Origin: Tubiluchus corallicola
Lineage: Eukaryota > Animalia > Priapulida
Length of the DNA: 23,212 bases
Direction of reading: 5' to 3'
NCBI GenBank assembly: GCA_030141605.1
Contig: JAQGDQ010000973.1
Coordinates: 1 to 23,212, forward strand
Below are positions 11,535-23,212 of the stretch, piece by piece. A model generated the notes under the pieces. That model was not told the DNA's origin. It did not search any database and saw nothing but the letters and a program-made list of their open reading frames with translations. How positions within the stretch are numbered: position 1 is the stretch's first letter; every line of letters begins with the position of its first letter. The translations under genes were made by a program, and so were the position numbers.

Positions 11535-12230
11535 AGTTACCGTTTGTTACAGTTACTGTTGTGTACAGTTACTGTTTGTTACAGTTACAGATGTGTACAG
11601 TTACTGTTTGCTACCGTAACAGCTACGTACAGTTACTGTTTGTTACAGTTACAGATGTGTACAGTTACCGTTTGTTACAGTTACAGATGTGTACAGTTAC
11701 TGTTTGTTACAGTTACAGTTGTGTACAGTTACTGTTTGTTACAGTTACAGATGTGTACAGTTACTGTTTGCTACTGTAACAGCTACGTGCAGTTAATGTT
11801 TGCTACCGTAACAGCTACGTACAGTTACTGTTTGCTACCGTAACAGCGACGTACAGTTACTGTTTGTTACTGTAACAACTACGTACAGTTACTGTTTGCT
11901 ACTGTAACAGCTACGTGCAGTGAATGTTTGCTACCGTAACAGCTTCGTGCAGTTACTGTTTACTACTGTAACAGTTACGTACAATCACTGTTTGCTACCG
12001 TGACAACTGTGTACAGTTACTGTTTGCTACCGTAACAGCTACGTACAGTTACCGTTTGCTACCGTAACAGCTACGTACAGTTACTGTTTGCTACCGTAAC
12101 AGCTACGTACAGTTACTGTTTGCTACCATAACAGCTACGTACAGTTACTGTTTGCTACTGTAACAGTTACGTTGAGTTACTGTTTGCTTCCATAACAGCT
12201 GCGTGCTGTCAATTATTTGCTGCTGTGACA
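11535..12230. repeat. 32-bp minisatellite, ~22 copies, two unit variants
   Basis: AGTTACTGTTTGCTACCGTAACAGCTACGTAC and AGTTACTGTTTGTTACAGTTACAGATGTGTAC. Confidence 0.95.
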
Positions 12231-12569
12231 ACTCATAAAAGGTTGTAATTCTTAACTGTGAAACTTATTTTTAAAATTTTTTATCAGTTCATCAGCCACA
12301 ATCAGCATCACTTTAGTAACGTAGTTTTTCAAGGGTTGAAGAAACTCGGACAAAATTTTAACTACAACCAGCAAAGTGCAAAAGCTAACGCAGTACGCAT
12401 GCGCATTACGTACACCAGCATAAAAACATAGAAATGGTGTTTCAATAGATTTTCTGAAATACTTCTGCAGCTTTATCTACACTAGACCATGAATAAATAG
12501 GCCTAATTATCTTAACCGTTAAATAACTATAAGAGATGAGGAAGACAAAGTTAGGAGGTGTGCGTGTTC

Positions 12570-12934
12570 CTAAGGTGTGGAAGACACTGGTGAAACAGCC
12601 TTAACAGCAGTTGAGGAACTAGAAATCTTAGAAGTACTTTCCGTTTTACTAGCTATACTCGAATGGCTGCTATTTTCCTTTGACGATTTCTCCACTTCTA
12701 GAGCCTTCGATTGCTCCTTCATCTCTTTCAGCGCCTGGTTCTCCTTTTTCATTTTCATCCGCCGATTCTGAAACCAAATTTTGATTTGTCGTTCTGTGAG
12801 ACACAGCGCCTGCGACATTTCTATTCGGCGTCGTCGTGTTAAATAGTGATTGAAGCGAAATTCTTTTTCAAGTTCGAGTGTTTGAAAGCGTGTGTACGTC
12901 TGTCGTCCCCGACGACGAAATAAACCATTCGCAC
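12570..12934 (-). CDS. Ubx: Terminal (homeobox) exon of an Ultrabithorax-type Hox gene
   Basis: Acceptor tttccattttttccag|GT GCG AAT GGT (AG at 12936-12935, phase 1). Translation: (G)[82 protein letters not shown]...SSTP*. Homeodomain 12917..12738, UbdA-like peptide 12737..12711, TAG at 12572..12570. GANGL, H24 and M34 favour Ubx over abd-A/Lox2/Lox4. Hox identity is near certain, exact orthology somewhat less so. Confidence 0.9.
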
Positions 12935-13067
12935 CTGGAAAAAATGGAAATTGTTCAAATAAGTCCTAAATCAGACCTGACAGCTACATTACAGACAAGT
13001 CGAGATTTTCTTATCACAATGAATGTTCTACAATTATAATTCTCTTATTGCAAATTAAACTGTATAC

Positions 13068-13492
<425 letters not shown>

Positions 13493-14780
13493 TTTTACTA
13501 TTTTTATTTACATGTACTTAGAAAGAAAGACAAATATATACAAGAAGGTGTCTCCTCTGCAAGGAGTTGTTTTACATGTGAATAAAGTTTGAATGTACTA
13601 AGATATATCAAAGATGTAAAGTTACATTAATAAAAGGTTGATTGATACTGTTACACAAACGCAGGCGGCGTTAATTTAAAATTAAACAAAACTGACTAGC
13701 ACACCACATGACACTAATAAAAACTACATTTACAATGTTGATCATAGGCCTAATTAGTTTAACGGAAATTTCAATACATATCTACAAAATTACATGGAAA
13801 CTAGGTTGACAGATACCAAAACAGACACACGATTCAGTAATATTTTAAATTGAACAAAGTTAGCTTGCATACATAGTTAGCACAGGGGTTAATTCTCAAT
13901 TTCATTTGCAAAATGACGGGTAATTTAAACGTGTTTAATTTAGTCAGGCTTTTCTTTTCACAGATATTGAATTTTACGGAATACAGGTTACATGTTACAT
14001 GTCACACTGAGACAATGACAAATAGATTTAAGTCTGTATTTGTATCATAAAGACTTCACTAACATGCAAAGATTACAACATTAACACAAAACATTATTAT
14101 TAGTATTTCCAAGAGTTGTTAATACTCTAATGCACTAATATACTAAGGTATAAACTTGTCGAAACAGAACATTATACCTTCAAAAGTTTTGCATATACCG
14201 AGTAAAGTGTTCGTAAAGAATGTGGCAAGGATTTTTTGTTATCAAGCGCCATATTTCCGTGATTTCTCATAAATTTTCCAAGAAAAGACATAACTGGCCT
14301 AAAAGAAGCTGTGGTATTGATATGCATTCGTTTTTCAAACTTTATTGCAGCACACAACAACATTTAAAAGACACAAAGTCCCAAATAGGAGTGCAGAATT
14401 GATGATGTTCTTTTTGGTGCACAGTTAGCATTTATCTATGGTTTTCCTTAAGTGTGTATTAACTGTGTCATTTGCATCTATGACTTGTGCCTAAAATGCT
14501 TCGATTTGTGCGTGAATTATATAGTTGCGCATCTTGCTAAAATTGACTTTTCATAACGCTGGAATAATTTCGCTGGGAATAATTTTAACGGAAGTGGTGC
14601 TGACAAGCCACTGGCGTAGCAGTGTCTAGTTTTTTGCTGGATTACTGCTGCGTTTACTTGTCTGAAGGCAGATTTCTTTTATTTTAGAATTCTGCCTGCC
14701 CAATGTCTACAATAGATGTGACCGGCGTATGATGATGAATAATTTCGCTAATAAAGCTATAGTTAATGTTTTGTGAACTT

Positions 14781-15422
14781 AATTAGACAGCTAATTGGAA
14801 TTCTTTCATATATACAATTAGATGCATAACTGGAATTCTTTCATATATACAATTAGACGCATAATTGGAATTCTTTCATATATACAATTAGAGGCATAAT
14901 TGGAATTCTTTCATATATACAATTAGACGCATAATTGGAATTCTTTCATATATACAATTGGAATTCTTTCAAATATACAATTAGACGCATAATTGGAATT
15001 CTTTCATATATACAATTGGAATTCTTTCATATATACAATTAGACGCATAATTGGAATTCTTTCATATATACAATTGGAATAATTTCATATATACAATTAG
15101 ACGCATAATTGGAATTCTTTCATATATACAATTAGACGCATAATTGGATTTCTTTCATATATACAATTGGAATTCTTTCATATATACAACTGGAATTCTT
15201 TCATATATACAATTAGACGCATAATTGGAATTCTTTCATATATACAATTGGAATTCTTTCATATATACAATTGGAATTCTTTCGTATATACAACTGGAAT
15301 TCTTTCATATATACAACTGGAATTCTTTCATATATACAACTGGAATTCTTTCACATATACAATTAGACGCATAATTGGAATTCTTTCATATATACAACTG
15401 GAATTCTTTTATATATACAATT
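14781..15422. repeat. Two-module minisatellite: 23-bp AATTGGAATTCTTTCATATATAC with an optional 12-bp AATTAGACGCAT
   Basis: Read directly; 23- and 35-bp periods are mixed. Confidence 0.95.
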
Positions 15423-15519
15423 CTACAGTCCTCAAAAGTGAACAGTTAAACACGCATTACAACGTGCACTTCAAACGTTCACAAAAACACGTAGACTTTG
15501 TTAAAAAGTTTCGTTTTGG

Positions 15520-15808
15520 CAGGATCGGTTTACCTACTTGTGGACTCTAAGCCAATTCCACCAATTGAAGACCACTGTGATCCTATGCTTATTGTGGAAG
15601 GGCGCCTTACTCCGGACCCTAAGTTCACTGTACGTGGGCACTTATGGTTTTTAATATATTTGGCCCTGTGAGAATGAAATACCCGGTATACACTTGAAAC
15701 AAACTTATACAGTGGCACGCTGCGCTACTAATTATTTTCATTGGGAGTCCAAATACCCATGGACCCTAGGTCATGGCCTACTTGGCCTATTGGTAAATCC
15801 GGCTAGCG
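15520..15808. mobile_element. Degenerate hAT-like MITE
   Basis: Left CAGGATCGGTTTACC resembles the reverse complement of the right end GGTAAATCCGGCTAG. GC-richer than the flanks. No clean 8-bp TSD. Confidence 0.35.
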
Positions 15809-15993
15809 TTACTCTTAAACATGAGAAAACACGAGTAAAAAGATACAGTATAGTACGCTGTACTTCGACTCCCTCCTAGGCCGTGTACAGTACGCGAAAT
15901 ATAAAATATTATAAATGAAGTAGCCAAAGCGGTACACGTGGCGCCACCTAATGTAAATTATACAGTAAATATTTGTCAGATATAAAAACGTAA

Positions 15994-16029
15994 CTGATGA
16001 AGTAACAAAGGCTGAAATAGCGAAACGTT
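15994..16029 (+). ncRNA. Possible hammerhead-like motif of a different Penelope-like family
   Basis: CTGATGA-AGTAACAAAG-GCT gaaat AGC-GAAACGTT. Core boxes and AACGTT palindrome are present, but helix II is short and has an unpaired insert. Confidence 0.3.
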
Positions 16030-16259
16030 TTCTAGTTCGCTGCGTGTCTGCTAAAGTTCTTAATTTAATTATACAGCAGCTGAAACAGGAAACGCTTCAG
16101 TCAACAAAAAATTCTTATCCGACAAGAGCTGAATAATTTTAATGTTAATGAATCAGTCCAATCATTGAGTCAGAACTCCTTGACATAGAAATTGCATTAT
16201 AACCATTTTGTTTGTAGTACTAAAAACATGATATGATATCAGATTGCAAATTGTTGGGG

Positions 16260-16890
<631 letters not shown>

Positions 16891-17564
16891 TTTATTTAAT
16901 TTCATATTTATTTTGTATAAAAATATACAGTTTACAAAGATAAAGATGTTAGTAAAATAGGTAATGCGATGTTAGTAAAGTAACATATCTACAGAAATTC
17001 AACTTTGTAATATCCACACATTGTAGTTCTCTTGTAATTATATTACAGTATACAGTGTTGTAAGAAGCTATAATAGGTATCTTAAAACATAATCTTTAAA
17101 TGAGTTCTTAACCATTAATTTTACATTTTCGTTTAGATCTACAGTACAACCATATTTAAATCTTAAATTTACTTGACTGTTATTTACATAATAGCACAGC
17201 TTTGGAATTCTCAATGTGCAAGACTTGCAATTTTTCTCACAAAGTTTAATTTTCGACTATCTATTAAATAATTCGCAGGCATGAGTTATTAATGAAAAAC
17301 GTCCCATAATACGAAAAACGTCATTGAAATATTAACTACATGTTTTATTATCTTTTCCTTGTCTTTTTTGTTTCTTATTTTGGGATTCCTTTGCTAATTT
17401 CATCGCTTCCTTTCACAAGAAGTATTTTCGTGGTATCATATAGTCGTGGGCGTAAATTGAACACTCTAAACCTGAACTTGTTTTCCCAGAACGTTGGTGC
17501 TATGTTCAATTTTCTACACCATTTATAGCTCGCCACTAACTAAACATCATTATTCTCATTCGTT

Positions 17565-17745
17565 TTAATCAATTTCAATTCAATTACAATTTATTTATCT
17601 CTTTATAGTGTTACAATAACACATGATTAATAAAAGAATCTCTAATAAGTTTTGAAGAATGGTTAAAATGTATAGATAGATCTAGAACTAGAGAAAGGAT
17701 AGCGAAAAGACTATAAAGTCACCTAGTCTGCTATCCTTTACCGAA
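17565..17745 (-). mobile_element. Probable 3' end of an L2/CR1-type LINE or SINE
   Basis: Hairpin AAAGGATAGC (17694-17703) / GCTATCCTTT (17730-17739) with inner GACTA/TAGTC. On the minus strand it is followed by AATAAA and an ATTGA-type short repeat tail. Confidence 0.4.
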
Positions 17746-18461
17746 TATAGATAAAAAGATTTTTTTAGACACTGGTGGGCATTAATGTTATCAGTTTAAT
17801 TTAGGAAACTTTAGTAATTTTTAAAATTATGACATTTTCTATATAATCTAGAGAAAAGAATATACATGTAGTTTAATTAGCGGGCAACAAAATAAGGTCA
17901 ACCTTGATTAAACTAAAAATTGCATTTAGATTTTATGTGAAATGCAGGTCAAAATTGTTATGAAATGATAAAAACACTTTGGGTTAATAATGCTATTAAT
18001 CAACAACAGGAGTTAAATACATTTTGATTTGAGTTCAACTTCATTATTTCTAGGCTTATTGATTAAGAACAAATCTACTGGCTTGGACAATAATACTAAA
18101 TAATATAATTCTCAAAATACTGATAAGACAAAAATTTAGCCATACAGGTTTTTTAGTAATTCTATAAAGGAGAGGTAAGACTTGTGCAATCTGTGAACAA
18201 AAAACTAAATCTTTGCTCGTAAAATAGTACTGCAGTACGACTTTAATAATTACTCTGCTGTAAAGAAGAGATGAAAGACAGAGTATATCCTGATATTTAG
18301 GATAATATCTGTAATGGCCTGTCGATTAATTAATTTGTAGAGTTATAAGTAACAGCATTCAAAGTACAAATGGGTAGCTCGTTATTCAATAATTGGGAGA
18401 AAATTAATTCATTATCGTTTTTATTTCGACATTCACCAACACATTTCAATATATCATGTAA

Positions 18462-18700
18462 TTTAAAGCACAAGAAAACCCCCATTCGCATAAACCTTAA
18501 AAATTCGTCTTGAAATTTTATACCACTTACATATCTGCCTTTTGCATACAGGGCCTGCGTCGGCAGTCACGCTGTACAAAGCATGTAAATTAAGCTCCCG
18601 CGATAAAAGCTAGGCGCAGCCATTTTGACGATGTATTTTGAAACAAGTTTAGATAACACTCAGTAAAGTTTGGAAAAATAATCAGAGCATTCGTAGCGCA
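18462..18700 (-). mobile_element. Interspersed repeat family X, copy 2 (uninterrupted)
   Basis: Reverse complement is colinear with 593-646 plus 1608-1780. Confidence 0.7.
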
Positions 18701-19895
18701 CACGTGCATCTTGTCAATAAGATAAAAATATATTTTTTGGTTAGCGAGTGGTGCACCCTGGAGGTGAGTGAACGACATTTTACCATTTCGTGAAAACGTC
18801 TTAAATAATTAATAATTTTCTTTTCTAGTTAAATAAATCTTTCAAGCAGGTGTGGTTTCAAGTTTCAAGCAAGTAATATAACTTTGCATAGAAAGTTTTT
18901 TGGGACATAATTTAACATTGACTTTTCTTCCCCTGATTTACGTTGTGCGTAAGTGACGTCATGTAATGGCGCCGTCGGAACAGCGTGAAAACAAACAAAA
19001 AATCCTTGCAATGCGAATTCGACATATGTAGAAAATTGCTATAAAGTAATATAATTTTTAAGGTGATTTTTCCGAAACATGCTTCTTAGCTGTTGAACTA
19101 TGAAGTGTGAACTATGAATTTTATTTCGCACATGATAAAATACAGTATCAAACAAATTAATAAACTTTAAATAAAATGATTTGAGTAGTGCGAGGTGAGT
19201 GTACGACCATACAGTCATTAACACACTCACCTTACTTAAATGAAAAAATGATTATAGTTATGCATGCTTCTGTAGATAACTTAATGTAAATAAGGATGAA
19301 GTAAATGATGTAATAATAGCAATGGTATAAGAGCAATAAACCTGAAAGTTGAGAAAGGAAAACATAATATGTAATTACGACTTTGAGTGAGCCTTAAAGA
19401 GTGAAAAAAAATTTAAATAGTTACGAATATGAATTATGTGATTATCTGTCAATGCACCACTTACTTGTATTACAATGCACCATACTATACACATTCGAAT
19501 CAATTCAACAGAAAGTACGACCCAACAAAGCACATTAAAGTTTATTCGCCACTTAACTAGCCGTTACCAATAACTTTTATTACTACAAGAATTTTCTTCA
19601 GTTCCTAATCCAGTCGTTATGTAGTCGAAAGCACGCCGTCTTTAGACGAATTGCCATAGAACTCGTAAAAGTAACTGTTATGGGGTCATAAGTATCTACA
19701 TCATGCAGCATCAGAGACCAGCACTGGAACTCGTCGAGACGATTAAAAAGAGAAATTACAGACCTGCTGTATTTGTGGCAGACCTACTGCACGCTTTCTT
19801 GTTGGAGGAATATAATTAGTTATTATCAAACAAATTAACAAAGGAGTAATTAATTAAGTGGGTGGTTTTTGTTGACTTCATGCGATTTTTAAAGC

Positions 19896-19960
19896 AAACC
19901 GGACCGAAACTATCTATTCCTTAAAATATTGAAAGGAAACGCACTATTTTTTAAAAAAAT
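19896..19960 (+). mobile_element. Family B short 5' fragment
   Basis: AAACCGGAC..TTAAAATATTGAAAGGAAACGCACTATTTTTT matches the starts of the copies at 2441 and 20218. Confidence 0.6.
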
Positions 19961-20217
19961 TATAAGACAATGTCTAAAAATTTTTTTTTCGTTGTCTGTT
20001 GTGCCTTTCTGTTTTATCGTTTGGTCATAAAACACTCGTAGACAATTCTGACAATATTGTAATTAAAGGGGTCGCTGTTGTGTCATGTACTAATGTGAAC
20101 GATGCCTTACTCTTTTGTCCGATCTTTGTAAACGACATTTTGTAGTAAGTACTGATATATGGCATTGCATAGTTACTGCACATCCACGTCATTTCATAGT
20201 AACTTACACGTTTAAAC

Positions 20218-20697
20218 CAAAACTGGACCCAATCTTAAACTGCAGGTCAAAACAATCTATTTTTAAAATATTGAAAGGAAACATATTATTTTTTGAAAAA
20301 TGACATACGTGAAACAATTATTACCACACAAACACAATTTCGCGTTCGCGCCACTAGTTCTTGGCTGTTACATGTAATTTGCCATTCGCTAGTTAGACGG
20401 GCACTAGCGTCTGCATTTTGGAAATGCATCGCATAAAAAACGGGGCTGTACCTCTCAGTTCAGACGTGTTCGTTTGTGACGAACTGCACACGTTCGTCAG
20501 CTCATGCGTGAGCAGAGCGGTAAATTTGAGATTTTAATTTTTATCTTAAAAATTGCCTAGTTTTGATACAAGATACTGAATATCTTACAGTAGCACCGTA
20601 TTTCAATTTTCGCTTATGCAAATGCGCGCAATACGCCTATGGATTATTTTCGCTGTTGAAAATTATGTTAGTTTGTGATGTCATCAGTAGTTGGGCT
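20218..20697 (+). mobile_element. Interspersed repeat family B, copy 2
   Basis: Colinear with 2441-2925. Confidence 0.85.
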
Positions 20698-20984
20698 AAC
20701 TGTCACATAACTTGATAATAATATCAGAGGAGGATTATTATTTGCTCTGATTGTTTTGTTACTTTCTGTTGCAGTCATATTACCCACACTCCTGTTCGCG
20801 TGAAAGATTAAAGTGTGTGGAAGCACTCCTCTCAGAAAGGCATTTTTCACAATGAATAACAAGTGAACGTTCTTTGCTAATCTCCATTTAAAATGACAAA
20901 CTCCTTTAAACGGCAAACTCTGTTTTTTACTTCACCTCTTGGGGTAAATGAAAATCTGTTTTGCATGTATGCCTGAGATATTAA

Positions 20985-21553
20985 AGGAAAGATCAAGCCT
21001 TTCAGGAGGTTAGGCTTATTTCAATACTCGGGACAACTGTTTGTAATTTAGTAAGGATGTTAGTAAGGATTTAGTAACAAAACTGCAATAAGCGCCTCGT
21101 GTAACTAGTGAAATCACTTTAAACTCGCGATCACTTCACGCTTGCGCGGTCCCTTTTTCAATACCCATTCTTCTTCCAATGACGTCATTCGTCCCGGAGA
21201 AAGTAGCGCACTGTCAATCTTCATCAAAAGTATAATGAGTTTTATAAAAAGATTAAACGACTATTGTTGTAATATTTTTACTTGAGCATTAAGTAAGCTG
21301 CAAAAGTTTGAATTAGTTTAAGCAGAACGGGCTTTCAGAAAACCACGAGACGTTTACGAAAAGTCACGAAGTGCTGTTATGATTTTCAAGTGAATGACGA
21401 CAATCACCACTCTTGATAATTTCTATTCAGTAATAGTTTATTTTAAATTCATACTTTATAGGCAGTTCTTTGCAAACAAGTTTATTATATTTGAATAAGT
21501 TTAACTGATAAAAGTAAAATAAACCCAACATGGTGAGTTTCTTGCTCTTTCCT
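20985..21553 (+). mobile_element. Kolobok-type non-autonomous DNA transposon, copy 2
   Basis: TTAA|AGGAAAGATCAAG ... CTTGCTCTTTCCT|TTAA (13-bp TIR, one mismatch). Colinear with 7174-7731. Confidence 0.85.
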
Positions 21554-21669
21554 TTAAGTTAACAACTAATCGTCTGGCGTCCATCTTCTCAGAAAAACGA
21601 AATGGACGATATCAAATTTATTTTTAAATGTTTTTCATGCTGTAAAGGTTTTTTATGCTGTAAGCATGT

Positions 21670-21925
21670 CTGTGAACATTAGGCAAAATGCAGATGTTTG
21701 AATTAGTTAAAGCAGCGCGCGCTTACGGAAAGTCACGACGTACTTGCGAAAAATCACGAAATCTCCCAGTTACGTCTTGATTTTCAAGTGAATGGCGGCA
21801 ACCACCACGCCTGAAAATTTCTGTTCAGAGATAGTTTATTTCAAATTTAAGCTTTATAGGCCTTTCTCTGCAAATTACTTGGTATTATTTTTCTAAGTTT
21901 AAGTGATAACACTAGCATAAACCCC
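21670..21925 (+). mobile_element. Kolobok-type element, partial third copy (3' half, no terminus)
   Basis: GTTTGAATTAGTT.AAGCAG, ATTTTCAAGTGAAT, CTGAAAATTTCTGTTC, AGTTTAAGTGA..AAACCC are shared with the two full copies. Ends at the satellite. Confidence 0.75.
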
Positions 21926-22940
21926 ACCGTACTTTTAAGCGTTTTTTCGTACCGTACCGCAATTTCGTACCGTACCGTACTTTTAAGCGTTTTTTCGTAC
22001 CGTACCGTACTTTTAAGCGTTTTTTCGTACCTTACCGTACTTTTAAGCGTTTTTCCCCACCGTACCGTACTTTTAAGCGTTTTTTCCCACCGTACCGTAC
22101 TTTTAAGCGTTTTTTCCCCACCATACCGTACTTTTAAGCGTTTTTTTCGTACTGTACCGCAATTTCGTTCCGTACCGTACTTTTAAGCGTTTTTTCGTAC
22201 CGTACCGTACTTTTAAGCGTTTTTTCGTACTGTACCGCAATTTCGTACCGTACCGTACTTTTAAGCGTTTTTTCGTACCGTACCGTACTTTTAAGCGTTT
22301 TTTGTACCGTACCGTACTTTTAAGCGTTTTTTCGTACCATACCGTACTTTTAAGCGTTTTTTTTGTTCCGTACCATACTTTTAAGCGTTTTTTCGTACCG
22401 TACCGTACTTTTAAGCGTTTTTTCGTACCGTACCGTACTTTTAAGCGTTTTTTAGTACCATACCGTACTTTTAAGCGTTTTTTCGTTCCGTACCGTACTT
22501 TTAAGCGTTTTTTGTACCGTACCGTACTTTTAAGCGTTTTTTCGTACTGTACCGCAATTTCGTACCGTACCGTACTTTTAAGCGTTTTTTCCCACCGTAC
22601 AGTACTTTTAAGCGTTTTTTTTCCACCGTACCCTACTTTTAAGCGTTTTTTTCCCACCGTACCGTACTTTTAAGCGTTTTTTTCGTACTGTACCGCAATT
22701 TCGTTCCGTACCATACTTTCAAGCGTTTTTTCGTTCCGTGCCGTACTTCTGAGCGTTTTTTCGTTCCGTACCGTAATTTCGTACCGTACTTTTAAGCGTT
22801 TTTTCGTACCATACCGTACTTTTAAGCGTTTTTCGTTCCGTACCGTACTTTTAAGCGTTTTTTCGCACCGTATCATACTTTCAAGCGTTTTTTTCGTTCC
22901 GTACCGTACTTTTAAGCGTTTGTTCGTACCATACCGTACT
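21922..22940. repeat. ~30-bp CpG-rich minisatellite CCGTACTTTTAAGCGTTTTTTCGTACCGTA with an occasional 18-bp module CCGCAATTTCGTACCGTA
   Basis: Read directly, roughly 30 copies. Explains the last three ORFs. Confidence 0.97.
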
Positions 22941-23212
22941 GTATGGTAATTAGTAACGGTGAACACTCACTGCTTTAGAACACTAACGGCTAGATCTCCA
23001 GGCCACCTCTAATCTTTGCTGATGCTTAACGACATGATTGTTTACAAAACATACGGCCCATGTGTAAGTGAAGCTAAAGTGAAGAGATACATTCAACTGC
23101 AGGCATTAACAAGTTGCAACTACATGGATTACTTTACTGATTTATTATTTAGAACATTACTTTACTGATTTATTATTTAAACCAAAAGTTGCAAATTCGT
23201 TTGGGAAGTGTT

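Noticed and set aside
12577-12771. 64-aa plus-strand ORF
   Set aside because: Antisense shadow of the Hox exon.
15684-15691. CGGTATAC, identical to the start of miR-iab-4-3p
   Set aside because: Only 8 nt, no 5p arm or hairpin, and inside a putative MITE.
15754-15765. YPWT in ORF 15694..15879 as a Hox hexapeptide exon
   Set aside because: Wrong strand for the homeobox exon, not YPWM, and within a hAT-like MITE.
20063-20909. TTAA|AGGGGT ... ACTCCT|TTAA as Kolobok ends enclosing family B
   Set aside because: The terminal match is too short, and equivalent ends are not evident around copy 1.
22103-22966. Lys/Arg-rich repeat ORFs (KKRLKVRYGT)n resembling a protamine or NLS protein
   Set aside because: Satellite translation. 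T-tract length changes shift the frame repeatedly.

Overview
AT-rich eukaryotic (animal) genomic DNA. The only host coding sequence I can support is the terminal homeobox exon of a central-class Hox gene on the minus strand (12934..12570). It is an Ultrabithorax (Ubx)-type gene: a GANGL linker, a homeodomain with H24/M34, a UbdA-like peptide QALKEMKEQ and a Ser/Thr-rich tail. Its YPWM exon is not in the window, so 12935-23212 is intron and the left part is 3' UTR/downstream DNA. The divergent residues and the (CCCTAA)n repeat suggest a non-insect, possibly non-arthropod, ecdysozoan (priapulid-like from memory, unverified). The rest is dense with repeats. These include Penelope-like retroelement remnants with a GIY-YIG C-terminus, inverted pLTRs and three minimal hammerhead ribozyme motifs with a covarying stem. 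There are also TTAA-flanked Kolobok-type MITEs, TA-flanked MITEs, a foldback element with a telomeric core, four minisatellites and four compound microsatellites. All other ORFs in the track look like repeat artefacts or chance ORFs. The main leads are the hammerhead motifs, a three-tier nested insertion, a minisatellite in the putative Ubx 3' UTR that multiplies a miR-iab-8 seed match, and an intronic minisatellite made of inverted TAATTG homeodomain sites. I see no clear-cut new multi-gene system.
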